DNA of 64,000 nt from NCBI GenBank assembly GCA_046539325.1, contig JBKHHD010000003.1, positions 30,024-94,023 of the forward strand, given 5' to 3'. Position 1 is the first letter of the stretch, and the number at the start of each line of letters is the position of its first letter. Below are positions 19,622 to 29,647 of this stretch, piece after piece. The stretch is from Candidatus Aenigmatarchaeota archaeon (lineage in GTDB: Archaea; Aenigmatarchaeota; Aenigmatarchaeia; PWEA01). The notes beneath the pieces were generated by a model. It saw only the letters and a list, made by a program, of their open reading frames with translations, ran no database searches and had not been told where the DNA came from. The translations under genes were made by a program, and so were the position numbers.

Positions 19622-19737
19622 AGGAAAAACTTTAAATACTTTTATTATAAAAGGAAGTATGATTCTTGAGAATTGTATTCTCAAGTTTGAAAACGTTGGG
19701 TTTTCAAATCTTCTGAGTTATCTCAGGGGGTTCTAAC

Positions 19738-20388
19738 ATGCAAGGTATGAAACAAAACGGCGAAGAGGAAGTTAAGACAGGCACAACGACCGTTGGTGTG
19801 AAGTACAAGGATGGCTTAGTCTTAGCTACTGAAAAAAGAGCTTCTATGGGTTATCAGGTTTCCAGTAAAAACGCCAAGAAAGTTTACGAAGTCGACGGTG
19901 GAATAGGAATAACCACTGCCGGTTCAGTTGGCGATATACAGACAGTCGTCCGCTACATGAAGGCGGAGACGAACCTCTTCAAGTACCGTAAGGATAGAAA
20001 GATGTCACCAAGGTCTGTAGCAAGCCTTATGGCAAACATACTCCAGGGCTCGAAGATGGTCCCGTACATGGGTCTTTTCATACTAGGTGGCTACAACCAC
20101 GAAGAAGACCAGCCGGAGGTTTACCAGCTTGATCCTGCCGGTGGAGTTTTAGGCGGTGATCCATACTACGCTACTGGCTCAGGATCACAGGTTGCTTACG
20201 GCCTCTTAGAAGACCTCTACGAAGAGGGAATGGACAAGGACACAGCTGTCAGTATTTCCCTGAGGTCGATAAAGAGTGCTTCGAACAGAGATATAGCTTC
20301 AGGCAACGGATTTTCAGTCATGGTAATAGACAAGGAAGGGTGTGAAGTTCTGAATGACGAAGAAGTAGACGAGTACCTCAAAGAATGA
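19738..20388 (+). CDS. psmB: Proteasome beta subunit
   Basis: Propeptide ending KTG^TTT; AGSVGD, ATGSGS and RDIASG motifs. Confidence 0.96.
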   Translation: MQGMKQNGEEEVKTGTTTVGVKYKDGLVLATEKRASMGYQVSSKNAKKVYEVDGGIGITTAGSVGDIQTVVRYMKAETNLFKYRKDRKMSPRSVASLMANILQGSKMVPYMGLFILGGYNHEEDQPEVYQLDPAGGVLGGDPYYATGSGSQVAYGLLEDLYEEGMDKDTAVSISLRSIKSASNRDIASGNGFSVMVIDKEGCEVLNDEEVDEYLKE

Positions 20389-20428
20389 TCGACTTTGTTT
20401 GACTTTAGAATTTCTGTAGGTGTTTTAT

Positions 20429-22309
20429 GTGGAAATTATAGATAAAGTAAAAGACGGGCTTCCAAGCGATGCGATGATTTCGGAGGTCTGCTTCGAAGGA
20501 AGTGACATAGTCCTCTACACGAAGAACAAGGAGATGTTCAAGAGCAACGGAGATTTCATAAAAAAGCTCGTCAGTAAACTGAAGAAGAGGATAGAGCTCA
20601 GACCAGACCCTTCTATAAGAAAAAATATAGAGAGCGCGAAGGAGACTATAGAGGAGAAGGTTCCCGAAGAAGCAGGCATAGAAGAGATAACCTTCCAGCC
20701 TGGCTTCGGAAAGGTAATAATAGAGGCACATAAGCCTGGTCTAGTTATAGGTAAAGGTGGAAGCACCCTTGAAGAAATAAAGAAGGAAACTGTATGGAAG
20801 CCGCAGGTTAAGATCGCGCCAGCAATTTCTTCGGACGTAGTGGACACTGTAAGAAAGGTTCTTTATCAAGAGTCGGAATGGCGCAAGGACTTCTTAAACG
20901 ACATAGGTGAAAGGATACATTCAAAGGAAGTGGAGGAAGTGGAATGGGCAAGGATAACAGGACTGGGCGGTTGCAGGGAAGTGGGAAGAAGCTCTTTCGT
21001 GCTCCAGACCCCTGACTCGAGAATACTAATAGACTGTGGGATAAAGCCTGGAAACAAACACGAGTATCCGTACCTTCAGGTTCCTGAAGGCGATATAAGT
21101 TCTCTTGACGCCGTAGTGGTTTCACATCCACATCTCGATCATATAGGTTTTGTCCCCTACCTCTACGAGTACGGCTACGAAGGACCGCTTTACCTGACAG
21201 CCGCAACTAGAGATCTCATGGTCCTCCTATGCTTGGATTACCTGGACGTTGCGAAAAGGGAAGGAAACGAAGTCCCGTACTCATCGAAGTCCGTGGAAAA
21301 GGCGGTTAAACATTCAATAGCTCTTGACTATGGACAGGTAAGTGATATAACTCCTGACGTAGGTCTAACCTTACAGAACGCTGGACATATATTAGGTTCT
21401 GCTCTGGCACACTTCCACATAGGTGAAGGGGACCACAACCTAGTTTACAGTGGTGACCTGAACTTCGGCGAATCAAAGCTCTTCGACAAGGCTTCAACAG
21501 ACTTTCAGAGAGTAGAAACGCTTATCACCGAGTCGACCTACGGTGAAAACGATGCGATACAACCCTCAAGAAAGGACGCGGAGAAGCATCTACTTGAATA
21601 TGTAAATAAAACTATAGAGCGCGGCGGTAAGGTACTTATACCTTCCTTTGCTGTAGGAAGAGCTCAGGAGATAATGTGTATACTCGACGAAGAAGCAAGG
21701 AAAAACGGTCTGGACGTACCAGTCTATCTTGAAGGAATGATGTGGGACGCCACTGCTATACACACCACGTATCCAGAAGATCTAAACGATAAGCTTCAGC
21801 ACCAAATATTCCACAAGGACCACAATCCACTAACCTCTGACATATTCCACAGAGTAGCTTCGAATGAAGAAAGGGAGGAAGTAATAAACTCTCCTGATCC
21901 TGCGATAGTTCTTTCCACGTCAGGTATGCTTACAGGTGGACCAGTAATGGAGTACCTCAAAGAGTTTGCACCGGAAGAAGACAATATGCTAATATTTGTA
22001 GGTTACCAGGCAGAAGGAACTATGGGAAGAAGAATACAGAAGGGCTGGGACGAGATACCTGTACAAAGAGAGGGTAAGAGAAAGGTTGTGGAACTGAATC
22101 TGGAAGTAGGAACTGTGGATGGTCTTTCCGGGCATTCGGACAGAAACCAGACTATAAACTTCATAAATGCTCTCAATAGTAAGCCTAACAAAATCCTCAC
22201 GGTTCATGGTGATGAAAACAGCTGCATACAGATGGCTAGAACACTCCACAATATATTCAACAGGGAAACGATACCTCCAAAGAACCTTGAGACTATAAGG
22301 CTGAAGTAG
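20429..22309 (+). CDS. Beta-CASP ribonuclease aCPSF1 (FttA)
   Basis: Two KH domains (KPGLVIGKGG), HPHLDH, AGHILG, ESTYG and SGHSD; conserved position after psmB. Confidence 0.95.
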   Translation: MEIIDKVKDGLPSDAMISEVCFEGSDIVLYTKNKEMFKSNGDFIKKLVSKLKKRIELRPDPSIRKNIESAKETIEEKVPEEAGIEEITFQPGFGKVIIEAHKPGLVIGKGGSTLEEIKKETVWKPQVKIAPAISSDVVDTVRKVLYQESEWRKDFLNDIGERIHSKEVEEVEWARITGLGGCREVGRSSFVLQTPDSRILIDCGIKPGNKHEYPYLQVPEGDISSLDAVVVSHPHLDHIGFVPYLYEYGYEGPLYLTAATRDLMVLLCLDYLDVAKREGNEVPYSSKSVEKAVKHSIALDYGQVSDITPDVGLTLQNAGHILGSALAHFHIGEGDHNLVYSGDLNFGESKLFDKASTDFQRVETLITESTYGENDAIQPSRKDAEKHLLEYVNKTIERGGKVLIPSFAVGRAQEIMCILDEEARKNGLDVPVYLEGMMWDATAIHTTYPEDLNDKLQHQIFHKDHNPLTSDIFHRVASNEEREEVINSPDPAIVLSTSGMLTGGPVMEYLKEFAPEEDNMLIFVGYQAEGTMGRRIQKGWDEIPVQREGKRKVVELNLEVGTVDGLSGHSDRNQTINFINALNSKPNKILTVHGDENSCIQMARTLHNIFNRETIPPKNLETIRLK

Positions 22310-22354
22310 CAGGAAGTTCTTCTATTTTTTAATCTCAAAAACAATATATTTCCT

Positions 22355-23179
22355 ATGGCTGATTGTAGCTACTGTGGAAAGGAAGCAGATATACCATTTA
22401 AATGTAAGTTCTGTAGTGACACCTTTTGCTCAGAACATAGGCTGCCTGAAAACCATGAATGTGTGGGGCTTGACAAGTACAAGGAAAAGGCGCGGAGTGA
22501 TGAGAAAGTAGTTTACGAACCCTTCCAGGCGACATGGGAAAAGAAGTCCTCAGGACTTTCCTCTACCTTTCTAAAAAGCATCACCCAAAGCTACTCGATG
22601 CTAATAATCTCCATATGCTTCGTAGTTTTCCTTTTGCAAGCTGCGATACCAGGGTTTACGGAGTATCTATGGCTTTCGCCACAGCTAGGCGAAATTCTCA
22701 GTAGACCCTGGACATTTATAACTTCAATATTTCTACATGGCAACGGGTGGCATCTTTTCGTAAATATGCTCGTCCTCTTTTTCTTTGGAGGTGAGCTTGA
22801 GAGAAGGGTAGGAAGCAGGAAGTTTTTGGAGATATTTTTAGTAACTGGAATTGCAGGAAATCTAGGCTTCACACTGTTCTCCTACGCCACTGGAGAATTC
22901 ATCCCAGCAGTCGGAGCCTCGGGAGCGATATTCGGTGTTTTCGCGACTCTTGCTATAATAGCGCCGGAAATAAGAGTACTGATATGGTTCGTATTTCCCC
23001 TTAAGATACGTCAAGCGCTTGTAATATTTGCCCTATGGGACTTATTCCTACTTCCAAGAGGTGGACCTATAGCAAATTCAGCTCATTTAGCAGGACTGGC
23101 CATAGGACTAATCTATGGTTATAGATTAAAAAATAAACAAACTGGCACAGCATTTAAGAAAATAACGAGGAGGTTGTAA
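22355..23179 (+). CDS. AN1 zinc finger-rhomboid intramembrane protease
   Basis: CSYCG…CKFC…FCSEHRLPENHEC, then HLFVNM, GASG and AHLAG. Confidence 0.93.
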   Translation: MADCSYCGKEADIPFKCKFCSDTFCSEHRLPENHECVGLDKYKEKARSDEKVVYEPFQATWEKKSSGLSSTFLKSITQSYSMLIISICFVVFLLQAAIPGFTEYLWLSPQLGEILSRPWTFITSIFLHGNGWHLFVNMLVLFFFGGELERRVGSRKFLEIFLVTGIAGNLGFTLFSYATGEFIPAVGASGAIFGVFATLAIIAPEIRVLIWFVFPLKIRQALVIFALWDLFLLPRGGPIANSAHLAGLAIGLIYGYRLKNKQTGTAFKKITRRL

Positions 23180-23189
23180 GGGAGCTTTT

Positions 23190-23552
23190 TTACTCTTCTT
23201 CTCCACGAACTACTTCAGCGTAAGAGGGAGCCACAACAATGTAGTTCTCGTCGACTCCTGCAATATCTCCGTCTACAGCAGTACAAGTCTTCCTTATCCT
23301 TTCGATAGCTCTCTTCAGATCTGACATGTCCTTGTCCTTGATCTTTCTTATCTTGACGAAGACTATCCTTCCTTCCCTGACTGATTTCTGTACATCCTCC
23401 GCATCCTTGTACTCCTCAAGCTCTATTACTTCTATAGGGACAGCCCTTACCTCTCCTTCGCTGACTTCCTCTGAAAGCTCGAGAAGGTCTCTATCCTCAA
23501 TTTCTTCTTCCTTCTTTCCTAAAATGTCTTTCAAAGCCAAATTTCTCACCAT
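23190..23552 (-). CDS. sepF: Cell division protein SepF
   Basis: VREGRIVFV…LKRAIERIRK…GDIAGV…VVAP pattern. Confidence 0.85.
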   Translation of the reverse strand: MVRNLALKDILGKKEEEIEDRDLLELSEEVSEGEVRAVPIEVIELEEYKDAEDVQKSVREGRIVFVKIRKIKDKDMSDLKRAIERIRKTCTAVDGDIAGVDENYIVVAPSYAEVVRGEEE

Positions 23553-23591
23553 TTTAATTTTTTAAATCAACTTATATAAAACTTCACAGAT

Positions 23592-23846
23592 TTACTCTCT
23601 ACTAGCCGATTCTAACATCGAAACTATATTCCAGACCTGTGTTCTGGTGTACATCGGAATGTTCGCGTCGTTCGCAACATCGTCCAGCTTGGAAGTACAT
23701 GAGTTTATCCTAACGGAAAGCTCTTCATCGTCGTCCTTCAAAATTTCTATACATTCCTTACACTCTTGCTGAATATTTCTAGGTACGGAGCTGTCTTCAG
23801 AAACTTGCTCCAACATATCTACTGCAGGCTCTAAACTTTCTTCCAT
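23592..23846 (-). CDS. UPF0147 family protein
   Basis: DSSVPRNI and DANIPMYTRTQVW motifs. Confidence 0.9.
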   Translation of the reverse strand: MEESLEPAVDMLEQVSEDSSVPRNIQQECKECIEILKDDDEELSVRINSCTSKLDDVANDANIPMYTRTQVWNIVSMLESASRE

Positions 23847-23927
23847 TTTAACCACCAACATCTGTCTGGACATATAGGACCTTGGACTATCAATTTATGA
23901 AAATTTAAATATAAAAAGCTTTTCGTG

Positions 23928-24878
23928 TCACAGCTCCTTTGCTTTGGCGTCAAAAACCTCTTCAAATCTTTCCAAAAAGGCTTCCTTGACCTCACGCAAA
24001 TCCGTGTTAGTTCCGTTTCCTGATGCAGCTGCATCGTGTCCTCCGGCAGACCCTTGTAGTTCCTCTTCCAATTCGGAAAAAACGTCTTCGCCCAGGTGAA
24101 CTTTATCTGTAAGACCTCTTCTGCACCTCCCACTGACCCTCATCTCCTCACCTCTTTTCGAAAATACGACAGAAACGTCTGATCCTAGTTTCAAAAAGGA
24201 ACGTGCAGAAGCAGCCTCAAAGGACCCAACCTCCGAAAAGGAGACAAGCTTTCCACCAATGTCGTAGTTATCCAATCTTGAAGCGGCCTTCAGCCTTGCT
24301 ATCCTCTCAGAACGATCAACGGGCGTGCTTAAGGTCGAGAGTATGTCTGAGTAACTTTTCCCAGATTTTGGAAGGAGTTCGGAAATATAACGGAACTGTT
24401 TCTCGTCAGCAAACCTGAGGTGTGAAGTATCCGCAACCATACCACAGATCATCGCCTCCGAAGCCTTCTTGTTCGGCTCATCCTCGAAAAGCTCGTAAAC
24501 TAGCTCAGCAGTAGACCTCGCCTTTGAATCAGTATATTTAAAATCAGCGAATTCGTAAAGATCGCCTGGACTATGGTGGTCAATAAGCATTATTGTACCT
24601 TCAAAGCTTCTGATGTCTGCTGAACCAAGCTGATCCGTAGAGGGACAGTCAACTATCAACAAAGTTTTGAAATTCTCAAGGTCAGGATTCTTCAAAAACT
24701 CATAACCTCCAGCCAGCTCCTTCGCACCTTTTGATACAGTATCCGGAACACCTAAGGCAACATCACCTACCAAAAACTCGTAAAGTGCTATACCAGAAGC
24801 CACTGCGTCAATATCTGCATTATGGTGAGCTAAAATTAAGATATCTTCAGAACCTTTCAACTTTTCTTCAAACTTCAT
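23928..24878 (-). CDS. DHH family phosphoesterase
   Basis: HHNADIDA, IDHH, DTSHL and GGHDAAA motifs. Confidence 0.92.
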   Translation of the reverse strand: MKFEEKLKGSEDILILAHHNADIDAVASGIALYEFLVGDVALGVPDTVSKGAKELAGGYEFLKNPDLENFKTLLIVDCPSTDQLGSADIRSFEGTIMLIDHHSPGDLYEFADFKYTDSKARSTAELVYELFEDEPNKKASEAMICGMVADTSHLRFADEKQFRYISELLPKSGKSYSDILSTLSTPVDRSERIARLKAASRLDNYDIGGKLVSFSEVGSFEAASARSFLKLGSDVSVVFSKRGEEMRVSGRCRRGLTDKVHLGEDVFSELEEELQGSAGGHDAAASGNGTNTDLREVKEAFLERFEEVFDAKAKEL

Positions 24879-24920
24879 GAAACCACCCAATTTATAGAAA
24901 AATAGATACTAGGGGGATTT

Positions 24921-25295
24921 TTATCCTGCTTCTTCTGGACTTCCTCCAGTCATAAGACCTCTTAGTTCCTTCTGCTTCTCCTGAGCCTCCTTCTCTATGT
25001 CCTTCTCCTTCTTCTCAAGAGACTCTATCTTGACTTCCAGTGACTCCTGTTTCTCTTCAAGTTCCTCTAGGAAGTCCTCTCTGTCGGTCTTTATCACAGC
25101 TGGTCCGGCTACCTTGAAAACCTCTTCCTCGTCACTCGCTTCCTTTAGAGCCTGGACTGCTTGATCGATCTGTGACTTCTGAGCCTTCATCTCTGTCTTT
25201 TGCTGCTCCATTTGCTGAAGCTGCTGTTGCTGCTGCTGTAGCTCACCGATCATCTGCTGTGCCTCTGGTGGCATATTCTGTGGATTTTGTGGCAT
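24921..25295 (-). CDS. pfdB: Prefoldin beta subunit
   Basis: Coiled coil-hairpin (VFKVAGPAVIK)-coiled coil; conserved operon position. Confidence 0.9.
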   Translation of the reverse strand: MPQNPQNMPPEAQQMIGELQQQQQQLQQMEQQKTEMKAQKSQIDQAVQALKEASDEEEVFKVAGPAVIKTDREDFLEELEEKQESLEVKIESLEKKEKDIEKEAQEKQKELRGLMTGGSPEEAG

Positions 25296-25522
25296 TAGTT
25301 TTCACCTCCTATCATTGATTTTTGTGCTGTCTTTACAAGTCTTAGTATAGTGTTTACACCTGCCCTGAGATTTGAAATGTTTCCAACATCCACACAAACC
25401 CCTAGACAGCTATCATTAACTTCCATGCTGACATCAAGCGAACTTGATTCATCGTCCTCGACTTCAATAGCTTTCTTAACAAGCTCAGGCGACTTTATAT
25501 CAAGTTCAAGTTCAGCTCTCAT
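25295..25522 (-). CDS. pcc1: KEOPS complex subunit Pcc1
   Basis: LRAGVNTILRL motif; lies between rpoP and pfdB. Confidence 0.85.
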   Translation of the reverse strand: MRAELELDIKSPELVKKAIEVEDDESSSLDVSMEVNDSCLGVCVDVGNISNLRAGVNTILRLVKTAQKSMIGGEN

Positions 25523-25523
25523 T

Positions 25524-25661
25524 CTATCTGGCTTTGATCTCCTTTACACCAGCAGCCCTCTTCTTCTTTAAAATTCTATACCCGCAGAAAGGGCATCTAA
25601 TTCTTCTCCTCAAGTCGTCCTTCTCTATATCCTCTTCACATTTCAAACATTTGTATGTCAT
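25524..25661 (-). CDS. rpoP: RNA polymerase subunit P (Rpo12); missing from the ORF track
   Basis: MTYKCLKCEEDIEKDDLRRRIRCPFCGYRILKKKRAAGVKEIKAR. Confidence 0.93.
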   Translation of the reverse strand: MTYKCLKCEEDIEKDDLRRRIRCPFCGYRILKKKRAAGVKEIKAR

Positions 25662-25918
25662 TATTCTTCACCTGATTTCTCCAGAACCTTTTCGACCATA
25701 CTTTTGCCCTTTGTCTTAGGTCTCCATGCACCGCCTGCTATCTTGTTACCGCACTTCTTGCATTTCCATATACCCTTGGCCTCTCTTTTCAAGGCTTCCG
25801 ATCCACACTCAGGACACTCGTGTTTATCCTTTTGATCCTTCTCTATCTCAGATACCTTGCTCCTTATCCTCTTACCGTACCTTGCTCCGTATCTCTTTCC
25901 ACTGTCGTTATCGGCCAT
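25661..25918 (-). CDS. rpl37ae: 50S ribosomal protein L37ae
   Basis: RYGARYG, CPECG, GIWKCKKCG and AGGAW motifs; true start at 25918. Confidence 0.95.
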   Translation of the reverse strand: MADNDSGKRYGARYGKRIRSKVSEIEKDQKDKHECPECGSEALKREAKGIWKCKKCGNKIAGGAWRPKTKGKSMVEKVLEKSGEE

Positions 25919-25925
25919 ACTACCA

Positions 25926-26696
25926 CTAGATAAGCTTTCTAAGGTCTGAAGACTTTTCCTTTGCCAGCTCGAAAATCTCAAGCAGCTCTTCCTTCTGGAA
26001 GCCTCCATTGCCTCTCTTCTGAAGCGAGCAAAGTTCTTCTTTGGTCCAAGTAACTGTAACCATACCGTCAACCACCTTTTCCTCGACTAGGCCTGGGTCA
26101 ACAATGTAGTTGTCATCTACCTTGCCTATAGTACAGGCAATCGGAGTTTTAAGAACTTCAAAGTCCTCCTCCTCATCACGAAGCACTTCACCGTCATCGT
26201 AACCTGGCATCTTGGCTTCCTTAAGAGCCTTTATAGCTCCAAGAGCAGAGGCATCCATTAGGTTTCCATTGTGGTCAAGGACATGTATGTCAACCATGAC
26301 CTTCCAGACCTTCTCGCCTTCCTCGATACATAGCTCTTCAAGAGGAATTGCTTCACATTCCCTCAAACCTCTGTCTATAACTCTTGCGAGCTCGGTCGCG
26401 TCTTTTCCTGGCGGTCCTGACTCAAAGTCAGGCGAAGCCATAGGCCCAAGCTCTGCGTTAACCATCAACATTCCTTCATCAGGAGTGTCTGGGAACGGCT
26501 CACCTAAGCCAAACTTGACGCCAACTATAACCTTCGTGTCTCCAAGAACAACTTTTGCACTTCCTTCGGCTTTTTTGGCTACTCCTGTCTCTATTTCTAT
26601 GTCTCTGAACTCTTCCAGATCTCTATCATCGGTCCTTTCACCGCTTTTTATACTGTCTAAAGCAGCCTCTTCTTCAATTTCAGTTATCTCCATCAT
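25926..26696 (-). CDS. rrp42: Exosome subunit Rrp42
   Basis: AEGSA, PFPDTPDEG, FESGPP and ELARVIDRGLR motifs. Confidence 0.96.
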   Translation of the reverse strand: MMEITEIEEEAALDSIKSGERTDDRDLEEFRDIEIETGVAKKAEGSAKVVLGDTKVIVGVKFGLGEPFPDTPDEGMLMVNAELGPMASPDFESGPPGKDATELARVIDRGLRECEAIPLEELCIEEGEKVWKVMVDIHVLDHNGNLMDASALGAIKALKEAKMPGYDDGEVLRDEEEDFEVLKTPIACTIGKVDDNYIVDPGLVEEKVVDGMVTVTWTKEELCSLQKRGNGGFQKEELLEIFELAKEKSSDLRKLI

Positions 26697-27409
26697 TTTT
26701 TATCCCCAAATGTTTCCATTAAAGCTTCTCTTTGTTTTTCAGCAACTTTTTTACAACCACCTATTGCTAGGTCAAGCATCTCGTCCATCTCATCTACGTT
26801 AGTCATTCCGTCCATCTGCAATAGAGTTATCTCGCCTGTATCCGTGTTCATCGCTATCGGCAGATCAACCTGCCCGTCCTTGTCTTCCTCGCCTTTCAGA
26901 TCAAGTACAGGCGTGTCCTCAATCTTGCCTGATGCACAGGCAGAAATCAGGCCCTTCATGGGTATTCCTGCATCGGCAAGGGCTATAGCTCCTGCATTCA
27001 GAGCAACACATCTCGTTCCTGCATCAGCAGAAATGACCTCCATGTAGACATCGATAGTAGCTGTCGGGAACTCCTCCAAAAATACTATGGAAGAAAGTGC
27101 TCCTTCAGCAACCTTTCCAATTTCTTTACCCCTTCTCGAAGGACCTGGCCTTTTCCTGTCGTCTACAGAAAAAGGAGCCAGATTGTATCTACATTGAATA
27201 ATTCCTCTTTGTGGCTTTTGCTTGTGTTTTGGATGCAGCTCCCTTGGACCAAAGACGGAAGCAATTACTTCTGTGCCTCCCATTCGGAAGTATCCTGAGC
27301 CGTCGGCTCTTTTTAAAATTCCTGCCTCGGCTTCCATGTCCCTGAGCTCATCCTTAGCTCTACCGTCGATCCTTTTACCATCTTTCAAAAGCTCTTTATT
27401 TTCGCTCAT
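26693..27409 (-). CDS. rrp41: Exosome exonuclease Rrp41
   Basis: RIDGR, GPRELHPKH, PGPSRR and ADAGTR motifs. Confidence 0.96.
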   Translation of the reverse strand: MSENKELLKDGKRIDGRAKDELRDMEAEAGILKRADGSGYFRMGGTEVIASVFGPRELHPKHKQKPQRGIIQCRYNLAPFSVDDRKRPGPSRRGKEIGKVAEGALSSIVFLEEFPTATIDVYMEVISADAGTRCVALNAGAIALADAGIPMKGLISACASGKIEDTPVLDLKGEEDKDGQVDLPIAMNTDTGEITLLQMDGMTNVDEMDEMLDLAIGGCKKVAEKQREALMETFGDKK

Positions 27410-27413
27410 ATTA

Positions 27414-28088
27414 TCACCTTTTTTTCAGTATTTTTTCTACTTTGTCCGTTAGACCTCTTTCATGGCCTCTTTTATCCACCGTTCTAACTGCCTCAGCAGC
27501 AAGATCTTCGTCGCCGCCGTTGACCCAAACAATTCCGTTCTGGCCGATGATTATTCTTGAGTCAGTTTTGTCCTTTATCATCTCCACCATCGATCCACCT
27601 TTGCCTATAAGCCTTGGAACCTTGCTTGGACTTATCCTTATAAGCCTTCCTCCTGTAAGCTTCTTGCATATTCTGTCCTGCATCGAAAGCTTGACGTCCT
27701 TCTCGCTGGTTACCTTTATAACTTCCGTGTAGATCATGTCACCGATATCGTAGACATCGGAAAGCTCCGTTTCATCAAGGTCTATGAACTCGTCGGAACC
27801 TTCTGCCAGAGACAGATAACCGTCGTATGGCGAATCAAGCTCAACCCACCAGTGGCTTGGTCCAATACCTGTAATCCTTCCAATTACATTGTCACCTTCC
27901 TGTGGGATGTAACCTCCACTCAGAGGTATTACTCTCATCCTATTTTTCTTTGTCCTTGCAACTCCGAGGACCTTAGATTTTACCTTTTCGTTTTCTTTGT
28001 AAGTACCTCTTCCCGAAAGCACATCACCTTCAGCTATTACGTCTCCGGGAAGTACGTTCGATTTATCTTCAACTAGTTTTTGTCCCAT
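27414..28088 (-). CDS. rrp4: Exosome RNA-binding protein Rrp4
   Basis: S1 + KH domains (KVPRLIGKGGSM, IGQNGIVW). Confidence 0.95.
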   Translation of the reverse strand: MGQKLVEDKSNVLPGDVIAEGDVLSGRGTYKENEKVKSKVLGVARTKKNRMRVIPLSGGYIPQEGDNVIGRITGIGPSHWWVELDSPYDGYLSLAEGSDEFIDLDETELSDVYDIGDMIYTEVIKVTSEKDVKLSMQDRICKKLTGGRLIRISPSKVPRLIGKGGSMVEMIKDKTDSRIIIGQNGIVWVNGGDEDLAAEAVRTVDKRGHERGLTDKVEKILKKR

Positions 28089-28101
28089 TTAATTCACCTC
28101 A

Positions 28102-28800
28102 TCAATCATCTATTATTTTAGTTTCAACTTCACCTTTTGTTACTGAATTCGCCTTCTTATAAAACTTGTCCTGTAAACCTGCAGGCATTTTTACTACAGC
28201 CCTCCACGAACCGTCGTTCCCCCAGTCCTCTTTTTCTATCTCCCCTATATCTCTCAGTTTTCCAGAGGCCTCGCCAGCATGGTCAGCTGGAACGCGAATC
28301 GCTATCTTGACCTCCTCCACGGATATAGGCAGTATAGCCTTTATTTCGTCCAGCGCCTCCTTAACCTGCTCCTCAACACTCCTCATCTCATCGACGTGTA
28401 TCCCTGCTTCGTCCATCGCGTTCTTTATCCTCTTTGGAGGATGTGGCTTACCCGTCTGTGGATTAACTGCGCGCCGGGCTATGGTCGACGCGATTTCCTT
28501 CCTCATCTCCTCCCGCATCTCTCTTCTCTGTTCAGTTGTAATCTGAACTTCCCCATTCCTTATAATCTCGTAAACTATCTCCTTTATATCGTTGGTTCCG
28601 AATACCTTGTTGAGCTCGTCGTCACCGACCCTCTTGCCCTTTTCCGCGTCTTCAAAAACTTCGTCCGCGGCTATCAGATCGTCTAGATCCACATTCTCGC
28701 CGTCCTTGACTTCAAGCGCGTTGTCAGGATCGACGAGCACCTCAAAATGCTCTCCATGTGAGTCAAGACGAGCTATCACCGCATCGTCAACAGATATCAT
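28102..28800 (-). CDS. Ribosome maturation protein SBDS/Sdo1
   Basis: GEHFEVLVDP, QITTEQRR and NPQTGKPHPPKRI motifs. Confidence 0.96.
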   Translation of the reverse strand: MISVDDAVIARLDSHGEHFEVLVDPDNALEVKDGENVDLDDLIAADEVFEDAEKGKRVGDDELNKVFGTNDIKEIVYEIIRNGEVQITTEQRREMREEMRKEIASTIARRAVNPQTGKPHPPKRIKNAMDEAGIHVDEMRSVEEQVKEALDEIKAILPISVEEVKIAIRVPADHAGEASGKLRDIGEIEKEDWGNDGSWRAVVKMPAGLQDKFYKKANSVTKGEVETKIIDD

Positions 28801-28804
28801 CGGA

Positions 28805-29512
28805 TCACAGGAGCCCTTCGCACTCCTCCTGATCTGAGTATCGGAAACCGTCTTCCTCTGTAACTACTGCCATCTTGACAGTGTTCTTGTTCATGTTGGT
28901 CTTACCCTCTGAAAGTACTTCAACAGCAAGCTCCTTCGCTTCATCCTCTGAAAGCCCTTCTTCCCACTTTTCCTCAAGAAGCTCTTCGCCGCCTTGTCTT
29001 CCTTTGCCAATGACCTGTGCGTTCCATCCGTAGATGTCGCCACCCACGTCTGTTTCGAAGATCATAGGCTCGCCTTTGTAGACGCCACCAACCAAGAAAG
29101 AAACTCCCATCGGCCTCAGACCTCCGTACTGTGTATGCTGCTGCTTGAAGTCGCCTATCTCTTCAGCCAAAGATCTCACATCTATCTTCTCCTGATATGA
29201 AATTCTGTACACCTGTGCCTGTTGCCTTGCGTTGTTCACAAGAACTCTTGTGTCGCCGACCAAACCAGCTGATACAGCACCTACATGCTCGTCCAACTGG
29301 TGTACCTTCCTGCTACCTCTATCATCGGAAAGCTTGTCACAAGGCCTTAGACCAGCTAGCACAACGCCGTCTTCGAACTTCAAGGCTGTGCATGTAGCGG
29401 CTCTCTTTATGGCTTCTCTTGCGTACTCTACCTGAAAAAGACGTCCGTCAGGTGAGAAGGTAACGATAGCTCTATCGTAACCCATTTTCCCTTGTTTTTG
29501 CATCATTCCCAT
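28805..29512 (-). CDS. psmA: Proteasome alpha subunit
   Basis: GYDRAIVTFSPDGRLFQVEYAREA and TQYGGLRP motifs. Confidence 0.96.
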   Translation of the reverse strand: MGMMQKQGKMGYDRAIVTFSPDGRLFQVEYAREAIKRAATCTALKFEDGVVLAGLRPCDKLSDDRGSRKVHQLDEHVGAVSAGLVGDTRVLVNNARQQAQVYRISYQEKIDVRSLAEEIGDFKQQHTQYGGLRPMGVSFLVGGVYKGEPMIFETDVGGDIYGWNAQVIGKGRQGGEELLEEKWEEGLSEDEAKELAVEVLSEGKTNMNKNTVKMAVVTEEDGFRYSDQEECEGLL

Positions 29513-29647
29513 GATTGTTCACCAATTTACCTATTATTGAAATGGCTAGAATTGCCACATCTCTCTTTTTTCCAAATACTTATTACACCCAACCTTTAAA
29601 AGTTTTTACACGATAAGAAACCGATCCCAAACAGCTATAACTAAATA

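Noticed and set aside
25201-25260. CAG/poly-Gln tract in prefoldin beta
   Set aside because: Gln-rich N-terminal helices are common in archaeal PfdB.
25661-26071. 136-aa extended rpl37ae and similar N-terminal extensions (5419, 5477, 11030, 30352, 34685, 40389)
   Set aside because: The extensions overlap neighbouring genes or promoters; downstream ATGs match family N-termini.
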